Shown here: positions 1 to 8,946 of the stretch, piece after piece
Layout of the letters: the number at the start of each line of letters is the position of its first letter
How positions within the stretch are numbered: the stretch's first letter is position 1
Source: Minisyncoccota bacterium
GTDB taxonomy: Bacteria > Patescibacteriota > Microgenomatia > UBA1400 > UBA12028
Direction: 5' to 3'
DNA length: 64,000 nt
Assembly: GCA_016211945.1 (NCBI GenBank)
Contig: JACRHV010000004.1
Location: 2,649 to 66,648, forward strand
The notes under the pieces: generated by a model
Database searches by the model: none
The model's input: the letters and a program-made list of their open reading frames with translations, nothing else
Told to the model about the DNA's origin: nothing
Translations under genes and position numbers: made by a program

Positions 1-1218
1 TTTCAGTACACAACAGAAACGTTTGCGAATCACTCATTTTGGCAACTCTTGTTTTTTGCGTTCTCTGCCTCGCTTTTGGGTGTTTCCGGATTTGAGAGCA
101 GTGCGAACTTTGTTGAGGAACAGCAGCCAAATGTTTTTAGGAAAACACTTCGTAACATGTTGATAGGCGTTGTGTTCTTTAATCCGTTGATCACACTTAT
201 TGTGCTCCACAGCATGCCAATGAACTCGATCATTCTTGCAAAAGATTTTGTACTTGCTGAGACCGCATTAAACGTTGGTGGAAGATCGATGCAGTATCTC
301 ATTGTTGCTGACGCGTTTTTGGTATTGTCCGGTGCGGTGCTTGCGAGTTTTGTTGGTGCATCAGGTTTGCTCTATCGCATGACTTTAGACCACTGTTTCC
401 CCAGTACAATCTTTCTTCCAAAGTTAAAAGAACGAAATCAAAATACAACGCGTTTGGTTTTGAGTTTTGCCGTGGTAAGTTTATCTATTCTTTTCTTAAC
501 GAAAGGAAGTTTGTTATCTTTGGCCGGCGTGTACACAATAAGCTTTTTAGGTGTCATGACCTTTTTTGCCATTGGAAATGTCATTTTGCGATTCACTCGA
601 TCAGATCTAAAGCGAACATACAAAGGATCATTGATCGTAGCGGTACTGGCTGCCGGCGCAACAACGGCGGGCATCGTGGGAAATATCATGATCGATGCAC
701 AGAACCTTGTCTATTTCTTGGTGTATTTTGTGCCAACTATCTCGCTTGTATTTTGCATGATTTATCGTGATTATATCTTGGAGGCTTTAGTGTTTATGAC
801 AAAAAAGCGGATTCCGTGGTTGTATGGGAAGATTTATCCTTGGTTTGAGCATGTGGTTCGTCCGCGAATAGTGTTGTTTGCGCACCATCCTGTAAAACTG
901 TATAGAGCATTGGAGTATATTCGGAAGAACGAAACGAGCAGAAATATTACGGTAGTATTTTGCAGACGGCAGTCCGAACATCCAGAAGTATTACGAGACC
1001 AATTTGAGCAGTTTATCGCTTTTTTTAAGTCTGCAAAAATCTTTCCACAGTTTAGTATCGATTTTGTCGTGGAGGAAACGATGGAGTTCAGCCCAGAGAC
1101 TGTAAAAGCATTTGCGGTGCGATACAAGATCGGCAGAAACAACGTATTCATTGGCTCAATTCACGAGTCACATGATTTTAGCTTTGAGGAGTTAGGTGGG
1201 GTTCGGATTATTCAGTAG
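1..1218 (+). CDS. Amino-acid-permease-like polytopic membrane protein, 5'-partial (the reading frame is open from base 1), with a ~150 aa C-terminal cytoplasmic domain
   Basis: Frame 1 has no stop from position 1, so the gene starts upstream of the window. Multiple hydrophobic segments typical of APC-type transporters, then a soluble tail. Confidence 0.45.
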   Translation, partial: FQYTTETFANHSFWQLLFFAFSASLLGVSGFESSANFVEEQQPNVFRKTLRNMLIGVVFFNPLITLIVLHSMPMNSIILAKDFVLAETALNVGGRSMQYLIVADAFLVLSGAVLASFVGASGLLYRMTLDHCFPSTIFLPKLKERNQNTTRLVLSFAVVSLSILFLTKGSLLSLAGVYTISFLGVMTFFAIGNVILRFTRSDLKRTYKGSLIVAVLAAGATTAGIVGNIMIDAQNLVYFLVYFVPTISLVFCMIYRDYILEALVFMTKKRIPWLYGKIYPWFEHVVRPRIVLFAHHPVKLYRALEYIRKNETSRNITVVFCRRQSEHPEVLRDQFEQFIAFFKSAKIFPQFSIDFVVEETMEFSPETVKAFAVRYKIGRNNVFIGSIHESHDFSFEELGGVRIIQ

Positions 1219-1268
1219 TCAAAATGCATAATGCATTTTCGCTGTGTAGGACCACGTAGCTCAAAGTA

Positions 1269-2189
1269 TTATTGCATTTCTCCCCGCAAAGCCTTAATTC
1301 TTTCCGTTACCGGGGGATGTGTGTCAAACAGTCCCGCAAACCAATGCCGTGCTCCTTCGGTATTTCTTAGTGGATTGACGATGTACAAATGTGCGGTTGC
1401 CTTATTTGCCGCTTCCAATGGTTCCTTGTCTTTCTCAAGCTTTTTTAATGCTGAAATAAGTCCGTTTGGATATTTTGTGAGTGCAACACCTGATGCATCC
1501 GCAAAAAACTCTCGCCTGCGTGAAATGGCCAACTGCATGAGTTGTGCGATTAGGGGTGAAAGAAGCGCGAGAACGAGACCAACAAACAAGAAAATAGCCT
1601 GGAGTTGACCATCCTTACTTTCACCATCCTTATTCCTTCGTCCACCACTCCAATAGGTCATTCGTAAAAACCAATCTGCGAGTAAAGCGATGAGACCAAC
1701 CAGTACAGTTACTACAGACATCAGGCGAATATCATAGTTACGAATGTGTGAAAGTTCGTGGGCGATCACTCCTTCGAGCTCTGTTCTGTTTAGCGTTGCT
1801 AACAGCCCAGTAGTAGCACAAATGACTGCATGTTTTGGATCTCGTCCTGTTGCAAACGCATTCATTGCAGTGTCTTCAATCACATACAGCCGAGGCATGG
1901 GAAGTTGCGCCGCCATCGCAAGGTTTTCTGCCACGGTGTAAAAATGAAAGTCTTTTTTACGGTTTGCTTCGCGTGCACCGCTCATCCCTAAAATAATCTG
2001 ATCGGAATAGTAATAGCTCACAAAACTGCTCAAACCAGAAAAAATAAACGCAAACCCAACGATGTCTAGTCCGTATCCCATCGCCCGTGAAAACACATAG
2101 GTAACACCCATGACAAACAACGAAAAAAGAAGCATGATCACCACGCTATTCCGTTTGTTGCGATCAACATTTTCGTAGATATTGACCAT
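1269..2189 (-). CDS. htpX: Zn-dependent membrane protease HtpX (M48 family)
   Basis: HEXXH zinc motif (IAHELSHIRNYD), N-terminal TM helices, C-terminal region typical of HtpX. Confidence 0.8.
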   Translation of the reverse strand: MVNIYENVDRNKRNSVVIMLLFSLFVMGVTYVFSRAMGYGLDIVGFAFIFSGLSSFVSYYYSDQIILGMSGAREANRKKDFHFYTVAENLAMAAQLPMPRLYVIEDTAMNAFATGRDPKHAVICATTGLLATLNRTELEGVIAHELSHIRNYDIRLMSVVTVLVGLIALLADWFLRMTYWSGGRRNKDGESKDGQLQAIFLFVGLVLALLSPLIAQLMQLAISRRREFFADASGVALTKYPNGLISALKKLEKDKEPLEAANKATAHLYIVNPLRNTEGARHWFAGLFDTHPPVTERIKALRGEMQ

Positions 2190-2201
2190 GTGTTCCTGAT
2201 G

Positions 2202-2789
2202 TTAGAGAGAAACTTTGACGTCTTTTGTTTCTTTGTCAGAAACCTTCGTGTGGCTTCCGGTCAACGGAGTTTCAAGACCTTTTTCGGGCTGGAATCCGAA
2301 CGCATTTGCCACAAGATTTGTCGGGAAGGTCACCAGTTTCACATTGAAATCTTGAGAAAGATCGATCAAGGTGCGACGGCTATACATGAGTTTATCCGCA
2401 GTATCGCGAAGTTCCTCCATAAACTGGCCGATCGTCTCGTTTGCCTGGAGCTGTGGGTTACTCTCCACAAGCACTTGAATTTTTGGTAGCAGACTTTGAA
2501 TTTGGTTCGACGCCTTTTCAGCAGAGGCCATTGATTTATCTTTGACTGCCTTATCTACAGCGGTTCGTGCATTGGTAAGCATGGTATATACGTCTTTTTC
2601 GTGTTTGAGGTATGCTTTTACCGATTCCTGGAGGTTTGGAATGAGATTAGCCTGTCTTTTCAACTGATTCCCAATCTCTTGAATGGAGGCAACAATGCGT
2701 GTCTTGATCGTTTGCAGATCGTTATAAACACCAATGACGTATAACGCAACTGCGAGTGCTATCACTCCTAAAACGAGAAGCGGCGACAT
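2202..2789 (-). CDS. lemA: LemA family membrane protein
   Basis: N-terminal TM (MSPLLVLGVIALAVALYV) followed by a LemA-like helical domain. The internal ATG at 2789 is preceded by AAGGAGG, so the longer 2870 start is rejected. Paired with htpX downstream, as is common. Confidence 0.75.
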   Translation of the reverse strand: MSPLLVLGVIALAVALYVIGVYNDLQTIKTRIVASIQEIGNQLKRQANLIPNLQESVKAYLKHEKDVYTMLTNARTAVDKAVKDKSMASAEKASNQIQSLLPKIQVLVESNPQLQANETIGQFMEELRDTADKLMYSRRTLIDLSQDFNVKLVTFPTNLVANAFGFQPEKGLETPLTGSHTKVSDKETKDVKVSL

Positions 2790-2799
2790 ATTTCCTCCT

Positions 2800-3216
2800 T
2801 TATTCCTCTGCGGTAATAACCATTTTATTTTTCTTGATGACGAATGTGTAGATATGAGAATCGAGATCATTATTTACGTCTGTTGCGTATACAGAGAGTT
2901 TCCCCCTCAAGACGTTGTGTGGGATAAAGTACTTTGATGACTGAGTACCCGCATAGATATTCTTCAGATAGGTGCCGTTTTTCGTTTTTCCACCACCTTG
3001 CGCACCTTCCTGGATTTCCTTTCCTTTTGCGGAGCGGACGTACTCAAAGGTATACCGAACTTTTTTTGCCCTCGTGACTTTCACTTGAAAAAGTTTCGAT
3101 TTTGTATAGAAAAACGAGTATCCAGGACCAATTTCCTCTGCCGATACCTTTGGTGGTGTGAACAACCCAGAAAGAAGTACCGAGATTGCAACAAGAAAGG
3201 AGAATAATTTCTTCAT
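2800..3216 (-). CDS. Small secreted protein of unknown function
   Basis: Signal peptide MKKLFSFLVAISVLLSGLFT...VSA immediately upstream of lemA. Confidence 0.45.
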   Translation of the reverse strand: MKKLFSFLVAISVLLSGLFTPPKVSAEEIGPGYSFFYTKSKLFQVKVTRAKKVRYTFEYVRSAKGKEIQEGAQGGGKTKNGTYLKNIYAGTQSSKYFIPHNVLRGKLSVYATDVNNDLDSHIYTFVIKKNKMVITAEE

Positions 3217-3291
3217 GCCCATAGCGTACCACAGATTTGCAAGAAGATCGACCTTGTCTCTAGTACCCTCGCCTGATACAATGCCACCGAT

Positions 3292-3365
3292 GGGCCCGTG
3301 GTGTAGTGGTTAACATGTCTCCCTGTCACGGAGAAGATCGTCGGTTCGAATCCGATCGGGCTCGC
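3292..3365 (+). tRNA. tRNA-Asp (anticodon GTC)
   Basis: Cloverleaf readable by eye: acceptor GGGCCCG/CGGGCTC, anticodon stem TCTCC/GGAGA with loop CTGTCAC, T-arm GTCGG-TTCGAAT-CCGAT. CCA is not encoded. Confidence 0.85.
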
Positions 3366-3375
3366 AGGTTTTCGT

Positions 3376-3786
3376 ATGAAAAATACAACACTGAAATCAC
3401 TTCTCAAGTCCATGAAAACGTATGAAACGGTGATGAGTTTTCTTTTTGGATTTATTGCGATATGTTCGAGTATTTGGCTTTTGTTTACCTACGCCCAGCC
3501 TTACTTGGGATCGTTTGGGTTTAGAGGTGACGTATTTGATGGGGCAAAAACATGGTGGAAGGAAGTGCGAGTAAAACCGACACCGTCTCCTGTACTTCAA
3601 CTTTCTGGATCAGCGTATCAAAATGGTCGTGTCCACCGTACAACGGCAACTGACACACTGTGGAAACTCGCACAGCAGTATTACAATGATGGATACCAAT
3701 GGACGAGAATTTACGAGGCAAACAAAGCGATTATTGCTAACCCAAATGTGTTGGAGAAGGATTTAGATCTTGTGATTCCTGAATAG
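3376..3786 (+). CDS. LysM-domain protein with N-terminal TM anchor
   Basis: C-terminal LysM-like motif (TLWKLAQQYYNDGYQWTRIYEANKAIIANPNVLEKDLDLVIPE) and N-terminal hydrophobic helix. Confidence 0.6.
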   Translation: MKNTTLKSLLKSMKTYETVMSFLFGFIAICSSIWLLFTYAQPYLGSFGFRGDVFDGAKTWWKEVRVKPTPSPVLQLSGSAYQNGRVHRTTATDTLWKLAQQYYNDGYQWTRIYEANKAIIANPNVLEKDLDLVIPE

Positions 3787-3807
3787 AGTTGCTGTCCGAG
3801 GAGGCGT

Positions 3808-3878
3808 GCGGGTGTGGTTCAGTGGCAGAATGCATCCTTCCCAAGGATGAGATGAGGGTCCGATTCCCTTCACCCGCT
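3808..3878 (+). tRNA. tRNA-Gly (anticodon CCC)
   Basis: Acceptor GCGGGTG/CACCCGC pairs perfectly; anticodon stem CATCC/GGATG with loop TTCCCAA. Confidence 0.8.
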
Positions 3879-3887
3879 CAAAAATAT

Positions 3888-4256
3888 ATGAATTACAGAG
3901 GAATAATTATCGAAGAGAGTCTTGATAATACATCAGTTCTGAATAAGATGAGGATTGTAGAAACAAAAATTGAGCCTGTAACTCCCGAACACAAAACGCC
4001 ATGGCTTCAACAGTGGACCCTTCATACAGTAGAAATTCCAGAGGAAAAAAGCGAAGAAATCACACAAGATCTAAGTAAATCTTTTGATAAAGAACACATA
4101 AGTTGGTATGCCGATTATAAAAACGACAAGCATCACTATGTTATTTATCCAGGTAGAGTATTTAAAGTAGATTTGCGAAACCCAGTACTCTATAACGACG
4201 CGAGAGCATATGGAATCTCTCTCGGTATACCGGAATATCAAATTATAAACTTGTGA
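3888..4256 (+). CDS. Hypothetical protein (122 aa)
   Basis: ORF 3789..4256 trimmed to the first ATG after the tRNA-Gly, since the longer version would read through the tRNA. No recognisable motif. Confidence 0.4.
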   Translation: MNYRGIIIEESLDNTSVLNKMRIVETKIEPVTPEHKTPWLQQWTLHTVEIPEEKSEEITQDLSKSFDKEHISWYADYKNDKHHYVIYPGRVFKVDLRNPVLYNDARAYGISLGIPEYQIINL

Positions 4257-4318
4257 AAAGATTGGGTGTACGAGAAGATCGAACAACTGAAATAAGTTGG
4301 TGATAAAATGTCACCATC

Positions 4319-4963
4319 TCAAAGAGATACTTTGAATAAGTTATACTTTCGACATTTATCATCACTCAGTTTTTTATCAATCCAAGCAACCCTCAAATTA
4401 TTTTCAGACACAAGCTTATTGAAATAATCCATATCAGACCATTCTGCAAGCACAATAAAAGCGTACCCGGTTGGTTTAAGATATTGCTTGAGATTTATCA
4501 AAAAATTTCTCATAAATTCTTTTGCTCCATAGCAAGAGTAATCCAGTGTATCCGTTATCTTCCCCTCAATAAAAGGTCCATTAGCGTATATTTGGTCAAA
4601 TTTTTCTACTGGAACATTCTGAAACAAATTACTAAGAATAGTATTCATTTTTACTTCATATCGTGAAAAATTTTCTATAGCATTTTCGATAGCCTTGGGG
4701 TTAATATCAACCGCAATTCCAGTGGCACCTTGGAGTCCAGCAACAATCGATGTAATGCCTGATCCCGTTGTAAGATCCAGTACCCTCACTCCTTTTGCAA
4801 CTTTAATGTGAGAAACAAGGAGTTTTGTGTCTGTCGCTGGTGGAAATACTCCTGCATGGACAGAAATTTCAATACCCTGAATGGTATACATAGCTGACTT
4901 CGTTCGAGCCTTCTGATTTTTCAGGAATGTTTGCTGATGTGCCTTAATTTCCTTCAAACTCAT
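4319..4963 (-). CDS. Class I SAM-dependent methyltransferase (small MTS domain, HemK/PrmC-like)
   Basis: Motif I VLDLTTGSGITS and an NPPY-like motif IV (IYANGPFIEG). Confidence 0.65.
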   Translation of the reverse strand: MSLKEIKAHQQTFLKNQKARTKSAMYTIQGIEISVHAGVFPPATDTKLLVSHIKVAKGVRVLDLTTGSGITSIVAGLQGATGIAVDINPKAIENAIENFSRYEVKMNTILSNLFQNVPVEKFDQIYANGPFIEGKITDTLDYSCYGAKEFMRNFLINLKQYLKPTGYAFIVLAEWSDMDYFNKLVSENNLRVAWIDKKLSDDKCRKYNLFKVSL

Positions 4964-5015
4964 AGTAGCGCTATTATATTCCCTTTATTCATCACCAAAG
5001 TGATATCATAAAGGC

Positions 5016-5396
5016 ATGAAAACTAAAGTCTTTACACCAAAAGCTCCCTCTCCAGGATCAGGCCCATTTTCTCAAGCAATTATTGCCAATAATTTTGTTT
5101 TCACACAGGGTTCAATTTATCTCACTCCTGAAGGCAAATTGTTGGAAGGGACAATTGATGAACAAATCCACCAAATCATGAGAAATCTTCAAGCAATTCT
5201 AGAAGAAGCTGACGCAACATTTTCAGATGTCGTAAAAACAACAATTTTTGTTACTGATATGACGATATATGGGAAAGTAAATGAGATATATGCGAGTTAT
5301 ATGTCTGACCCATATCCAGCGAGGGAAACCGTATGTGTAAAGGAGCTTCCACTGGGTGCAAAAGCGGAGATAAGCATGATCGCGATAAAAAAATAA
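5016..5396 (+). CDS. ridA: RidA/YjgF family reactive-intermediate deaminase
   Basis: 126 aa, length and conserved positions typical of RidA (GPFSQAI..., C-terminal ...AKAEISMIA). Confidence 0.8.
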   Translation: MKTKVFTPKAPSPGSGPFSQAIIANNFVFTQGSIYLTPEGKLLEGTIDEQIHQIMRNLQAILEEADATFSDVVKTTIFVTDMTIYGKVNEIYASYMSDPYPARETVCVKELPLGAKAEISMIAIKK

Positions 5397-5405
5397 TTAA
5401 ATACC

Positions 5406-5774
5406 ATGAGTAATCTTGAAAATGCAATACGCGAGCACAGTGAAAATGAGTTGTTCAAGGACTTTGCGCCAGCGCGCATGAAACCGCTTGGAACATTCAC
5501 CTTCGAGTCTCCCTGGAATAACTTTCATCGATTTTTCTACAGTGAGCGTAGTACTGCCAGAGAAGTTCCTGTTTGGAAAAGGTTCGTAGCGTTATTTCCC
5601 GATCTTGCGCAAGAACTCACAACTGAAACAATTGCCGCAGTGGAAAGGATGAAGACAACACATGATCCTCAGGAACTACCCATAGAGAAACTTAAGAAGG
5701 CATATGAAATCATGTCACAATTAGTGAGTATTCATGACCCATGTGCAGAGAATGAGGAGTATCTTATTGGTTAA
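5406..5774 (+). CDS. Hypothetical protein (122 aa)
   Basis: Clean ORF in an intergenic-size gap; no motif recognised. Confidence 0.4.
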   Translation: MSNLENAIREHSENELFKDFAPARMKPLGTFTFESPWNNFHRFFYSERSTAREVPVWKRFVALFPDLAQELTTETIAAVERMKTTHDPQELPIEKLKKAYEIMSQLVSIHDPCAENEEYLIG

Positions 5775-5811
5775 ATGCTCGAGAATAATAGAGTATAATC
5801 AACTTGTCGTT

Positions 5812-5882
5812 GCCTCCCTAGCTTAGTGGAAAAGCAGCGGTATCGTAAACCGCGGACGACAGTTCGATTCTGTCGGGAGGCT
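5812..5882 (+). tRNA. tRNA-Thr (anticodon CGT)
   Basis: Acceptor GCCTCCC/GGGAGGC, D-arm GCTT-AGTGGAA-AAGC, anticodon stem GCGGT/ACCGC with loop ATCGTAA, T-arm GACAG-TTCGATT-CTGTC. Confidence 0.8.
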
Positions 5883-5903
5883 CACAGGTATACAACAACG
5901 TAT

Positions 5904-6617
5904 ATGGCAAACTACAGCAGATTATCGAAATTTGAACAACAAAAGATTGCCCGCCAGTCGGTCACGCTTCTTTTTTTTACCGTGGTCATCATCTCATTAT
6001 TTATCTTCGTCATCATGCCTGCCTCAACGCGTATTTTTGAGTTGTTCTCACCCAAAAAGCAATCATCACTCATTCCCCAAGAATCTACACTTCCACCACA
6101 AGTTCCTATCCTTTTCTCCCTTCCCGAGGCAACCAACAGTGCTGAACTCGCGGTTTCTGGATATGGAGAAGCAGACACAAAGGTCACGTTGTTCAATAAT
6201 GGAACTCGTGTACAGGAAGTAACGGTAGATAAAGGTGGTCAATTTTCTTTTGGATACTTTACGTTGTCTGAAGGTGACAACCTTATTTTTGTCCGATCCA
6301 GAAATACACAAAACGCCGAGTCAAACTCGAAGCAATATACTGCGGTGTTTGATGTAAAACCGCCTACACTTACAATCTCAGAACCCGCTGATGGTTTTAC
6401 CGTAACACGGAAAAGAGAGCAAGTGGTGACCGTGAAAGGGCAAACGGAGTCTAAAACACGTGTGTATCTGAATGATCGTCTGCTTTTTACAGATAATCAA
6501 GCGAATTTCTCCGGTACATACCAACTTGCAGAAGGAGATAATATATTGACTGTGCGTGCGGTAGACACTGCTGGTAACGTAGCTGAAAAACAAATCAAAG
6601 TTTCCTATCGCCCCTGA
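5904..6617 (+). CDS. Membrane-anchored protein with tandem bacterial Ig-like (Big-like) beta-sandwich repeats
   Basis: ORF trimmed to the first ATG after tRNA-Thr. TM helix LLFFTVVIISLFIFVIM, then two repeats with G-D-N / T-V-x-A-x-D-x-A-G-N patterns typical of Big domains. Confidence 0.45.
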   Translation: MANYSRLSKFEQQKIARQSVTLLFFTVVIISLFIFVIMPASTRIFELFSPKKQSSLIPQESTLPPQVPILFSLPEATNSAELAVSGYGEADTKVTLFNNGTRVQEVTVDKGGQFSFGYFTLSEGDNLIFVRSRNTQNAESNSKQYTAVFDVKPPTLTISEPADGFTVTRKREQVVTVKGQTESKTRVYLNDRLLFTDNQANFSGTYQLAEGDNILTVRAVDTAGNVAEKQIKVSYRP

Positions 6618-7711
6618 TTCATCATGTTCTTCAGGAACTTTTCTACGTTTTTTCCACTTTTTTCCCATGTCCACCGTGTACGTACATCTCGCACGCCATT
6701 TTCCCCAAGCTCCTTTTGAAGCTTGGGATGTTTAAGTAAAAAGGTGATGGTTTTTGCAATCTCCTTTGCATTTGGCGGAACAAAAAAGGCTGTTTTTCCA
6801 TGGAGTACTGTTTCCTTGTAACCACCCTCCCTTATTACGATCCCAGGGGTTCCACACGCCAACGACTCAAGAAATGTCAATCCAAACGTCTCATTTCTAC
6901 TTAGGCACATGGTGATACGCGAGGTGTTGTACGCAGAGCGCAACTCGGCGTCAGTGAGTGGTGTGTTACGTTCGCGTGCATGAATAAAGTGAGTCCGAAG
7001 TTTTGTCTTCATGTGTTGGAGTGCCTGCGTGAGGAGGTCAAATCCCTCCGTCGAGACCGGTCCACCAACAAATAACACATCATACTTCTTCTTTTCTTTC
7101 GTCGGAAAAAATAACGAGGTATCAATCCCAAGATAGCAAACCTCTGCCCGTAATCCATACGCTTTATATATGCGCTTTTGTGTCGAGTGTGAGTTTGTTA
7201 ATACCATGGTGGATTGATGAATAAGAAATGCGTCAAGCACTCTGCGTAAACCTCGATTCATCGTTTCATAGAATCTCTTGAATCCTTTGAGATCATCTGG
7301 AAGTCGATAAAACGGGTCATGAACAATACGCAACGGCTCTTGGCAGTAAAAACAGGTGGGAATCCTCGTCCATTTCAAGAATGCCAATACATACGGCGTT
7401 TGTGTATAGCAGGATGGGTGGACAAAAACACAGTCGGCTTTCCAAGAAAGTATGTCACGGGTTATCTTGAGATGTAGCACTGCCAGCCGAACAAGATCCC
7501 ATGTATCATGCCGAATTCGACCAAGTCCTTTTGCATTTGACGGTGAATGAAACGCGTAGATAGTGTGATTCAGCGCTGCATAATCATCTGAATTACCATA
7601 ATCCACTGCAAAAATCTTGACGTCATGTTTTTTTGTCAGTTCTTTCGCCAACTCCAGAGCAGCACGCCGGGCGCCACCGATGTTTAACTCGTAGAAAACT
7701 GCAACTCTCAT
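6605..7711 (-). CDS. Glycosyltransferase family 1 (GT4-like)
   Basis: N-terminal MRVAVFYELNIGGARR and C-terminal ETFGLTFLESLACGTPGIV (EX7E-type). Start at 7711 overlaps the stop of the upstream gene by 4 nt. Confidence 0.75.
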   Translation of the reverse strand: MRVAVFYELNIGGARRAALELAKELTKKHDVKIFAVDYGNSDDYAALNHTIYAFHSPSNAKGLGRIRHDTWDLVRLAVLHLKITRDILSWKADCVFVHPSCYTQTPYVLAFLKWTRIPTCFYCQEPLRIVHDPFYRLPDDLKGFKRFYETMNRGLRRVLDAFLIHQSTMVLTNSHSTQKRIYKAYGLRAEVCYLGIDTSLFFPTKEKKKYDVLFVGGPVSTEGFDLLTQALQHMKTKLRTHFIHARERNTPLTDAELRSAYNTSRITMCLSRNETFGLTFLESLACGTPGIVIREGGYKETVLHGKTAFFVPPNAKEIAKTITFLLKHPKLQKELGENGVRDVRTRWTWEKSGKNVEKFLKNMMNQGR

Positions 7712-8946
7712 CGCCTGCTCCGTAATGTGTGCCAAGAAGAAAGGAAGAAAGCAGGCTGAACAATGAGACGTGCGAGAAGAAGCGCCCACCCCGCACCCAC
7801 AAACCCTCCGCGAGGTATGAAATAGAATAAGAGCGGAACCATGGCAATAAGGTAGAGAAAAGTCATCAGTGCGTTATAGTACGTTTTTTGTTTCACGATG
7901 AACAACGGCGAACAAATATTATTGATAGCCTGCATGTATGCGGCGCCAAGAAGAAAAGGAAGAATTGGTACAATTGGAAGCCATTTTTCACCCAAAACAA
8001 ATCGGACTAAAGGTTCTGCGTAGAAAAAAAGTGCGGCAAGTGGAGCCAAGAGGAGAACTGCAAGCAAAAAGATGCTAAGGAAAAACGCTCTCGTAAGTCG
8101 AGGAAGATCATGCGTAATTTTTCCAAAAATGGGGAAGACTGTTTGTGCTGAGATATCGCCAATCTCACCAATTGCGGTTTGAGACACATTAAATGCGGTG
8201 TCGTAGTACCCAAGTGTTGAGGTTCCGAGGAGCTTTGCAATAATGAGATTATCTAAATTCGAACCGAGATATGCCAAAACACCACTTACATTGAGCCAGG
8301 CGCCGAATCGAAGTACTTCCTTAAATTTTGTAAACTCAAAGTTCAATCTTGGTTTAGGAGAGACAAACGCCAACGTTATCGCCGTCTCAACACAAACGGA
8401 GATGAGTTGACTGAGGATCAATGCAACTGGACTTCGTAGAAGATACGCGAGACCAATCGCACTCAATACATCAACGACAATTAAGATGAGACGAATAATG
8501 ACATCCTTATGATATGCAAATGTGCGTTGAAACAACGCCACAGACGGGTTAATAAACCCCTTGATCAGTGGAATGCAAACCGCAACCCACATAAGCGGCA
8601 CAATCGTGGGTTCACGGTAGAACCAAGAGAGTGGATAGGTAAGTGAGGTGAGTATCGCACTGATGACGATTCCCCGCAATACAGAAACATGCCAGGCAGT
8701 GTTGATGTATTTTTTTGGATCCTTTGTAGTCTGAACAAGAAAGGGGTTAATGCCTGTCTCTGTTAACATTTCTGTCAGCGCAAGCATGATCACCACAATA
8801 CCGAACAGTCCGAAATCACGCGGAGACAGAATGCGGGCCAAGATGACAATTTTTAATAAAACAAGTCCTTTGGTACAGACTTTGAGAAAAGTTAACCATC
8901 GTAAACCGAAGATTGCATCACGTGTGTATCCCATATCGCCTTGCAT
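7708..8946 (-). CDS. wzx: Wzx-type polysaccharide/oligosaccharide flippase (PST family)
   Basis: 412 aa, ~12 TM helices, N-terminal pattern (ILARILSPRDFGLFGIV...) typical of polysaccharide biosynthesis flippases. Confidence 0.65.
   Translation of the reverse strand: MQGDMGYTRDAIFGLRWLTFLKVCTKGLVLLKIVILARILSPRDFGLFGIVVIMLALTEMLTETGINPFLVQTTKDPKKYINTAWHVSVLRGIVISAILTSLTYPLSWFYREPTIVPLMWVAVCIPLIKGFINPSVALFQRTFAYHKDVIIRLILIVVDVLSAIGLAYLLRSPVALILSQLISVCVETAITLAFVSPKPRLNFEFTKFKEVLRFGAWLNVSGVLAYLGSNLDNLIIAKLLGTSTLGYYDTAFNVSQTAIGEIGDISAQTVFPIFGKITHDLPRLTRAFFLSIFLLAVLLLAPLAALFFYAEPLVRFVLGEKWLPIVPILPFLLGAAYMQAINNICSPLFIVKQKTYYNALMTFLYLIAMVPLLFYFIPRGGFVGAGWALLLARLIVQPAFFLSSWHTLRSRR

Noticed and set aside
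1231-1608. 125 aa plus-strand ORF
   Set aside because: Antisense inside htpX.
3213-3413. 66 aa minus-strand ORF
   Set aside because: Lies almost entirely antisense to tRNA-Asp (3292-3365); treated as an ORF-finder artefact.
3789-3887. N-terminal extension of ORF 3789-4256
   Set aside because: Would translate through tRNA-Gly(CCC); gene trimmed to the ATG at 3888.
4299-4315. Short inverted repeat GGTGA-n7-TCACC between two convergent genes
   Set aside because: Only a 5 bp stem without a clear U-tract; too weak to call a terminator.
5826-5903. N-terminal extension of ORF 5826-6617
   Set aside because: Would translate through the 3' half of tRNA-Thr; gene trimmed to the ATG at 5904.
7623-7847. 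74 aa minus-strand ORF at the GT1/Wzx junction
   Set aside because: Out-of-frame overlap with the starts of both genes; no independent support.
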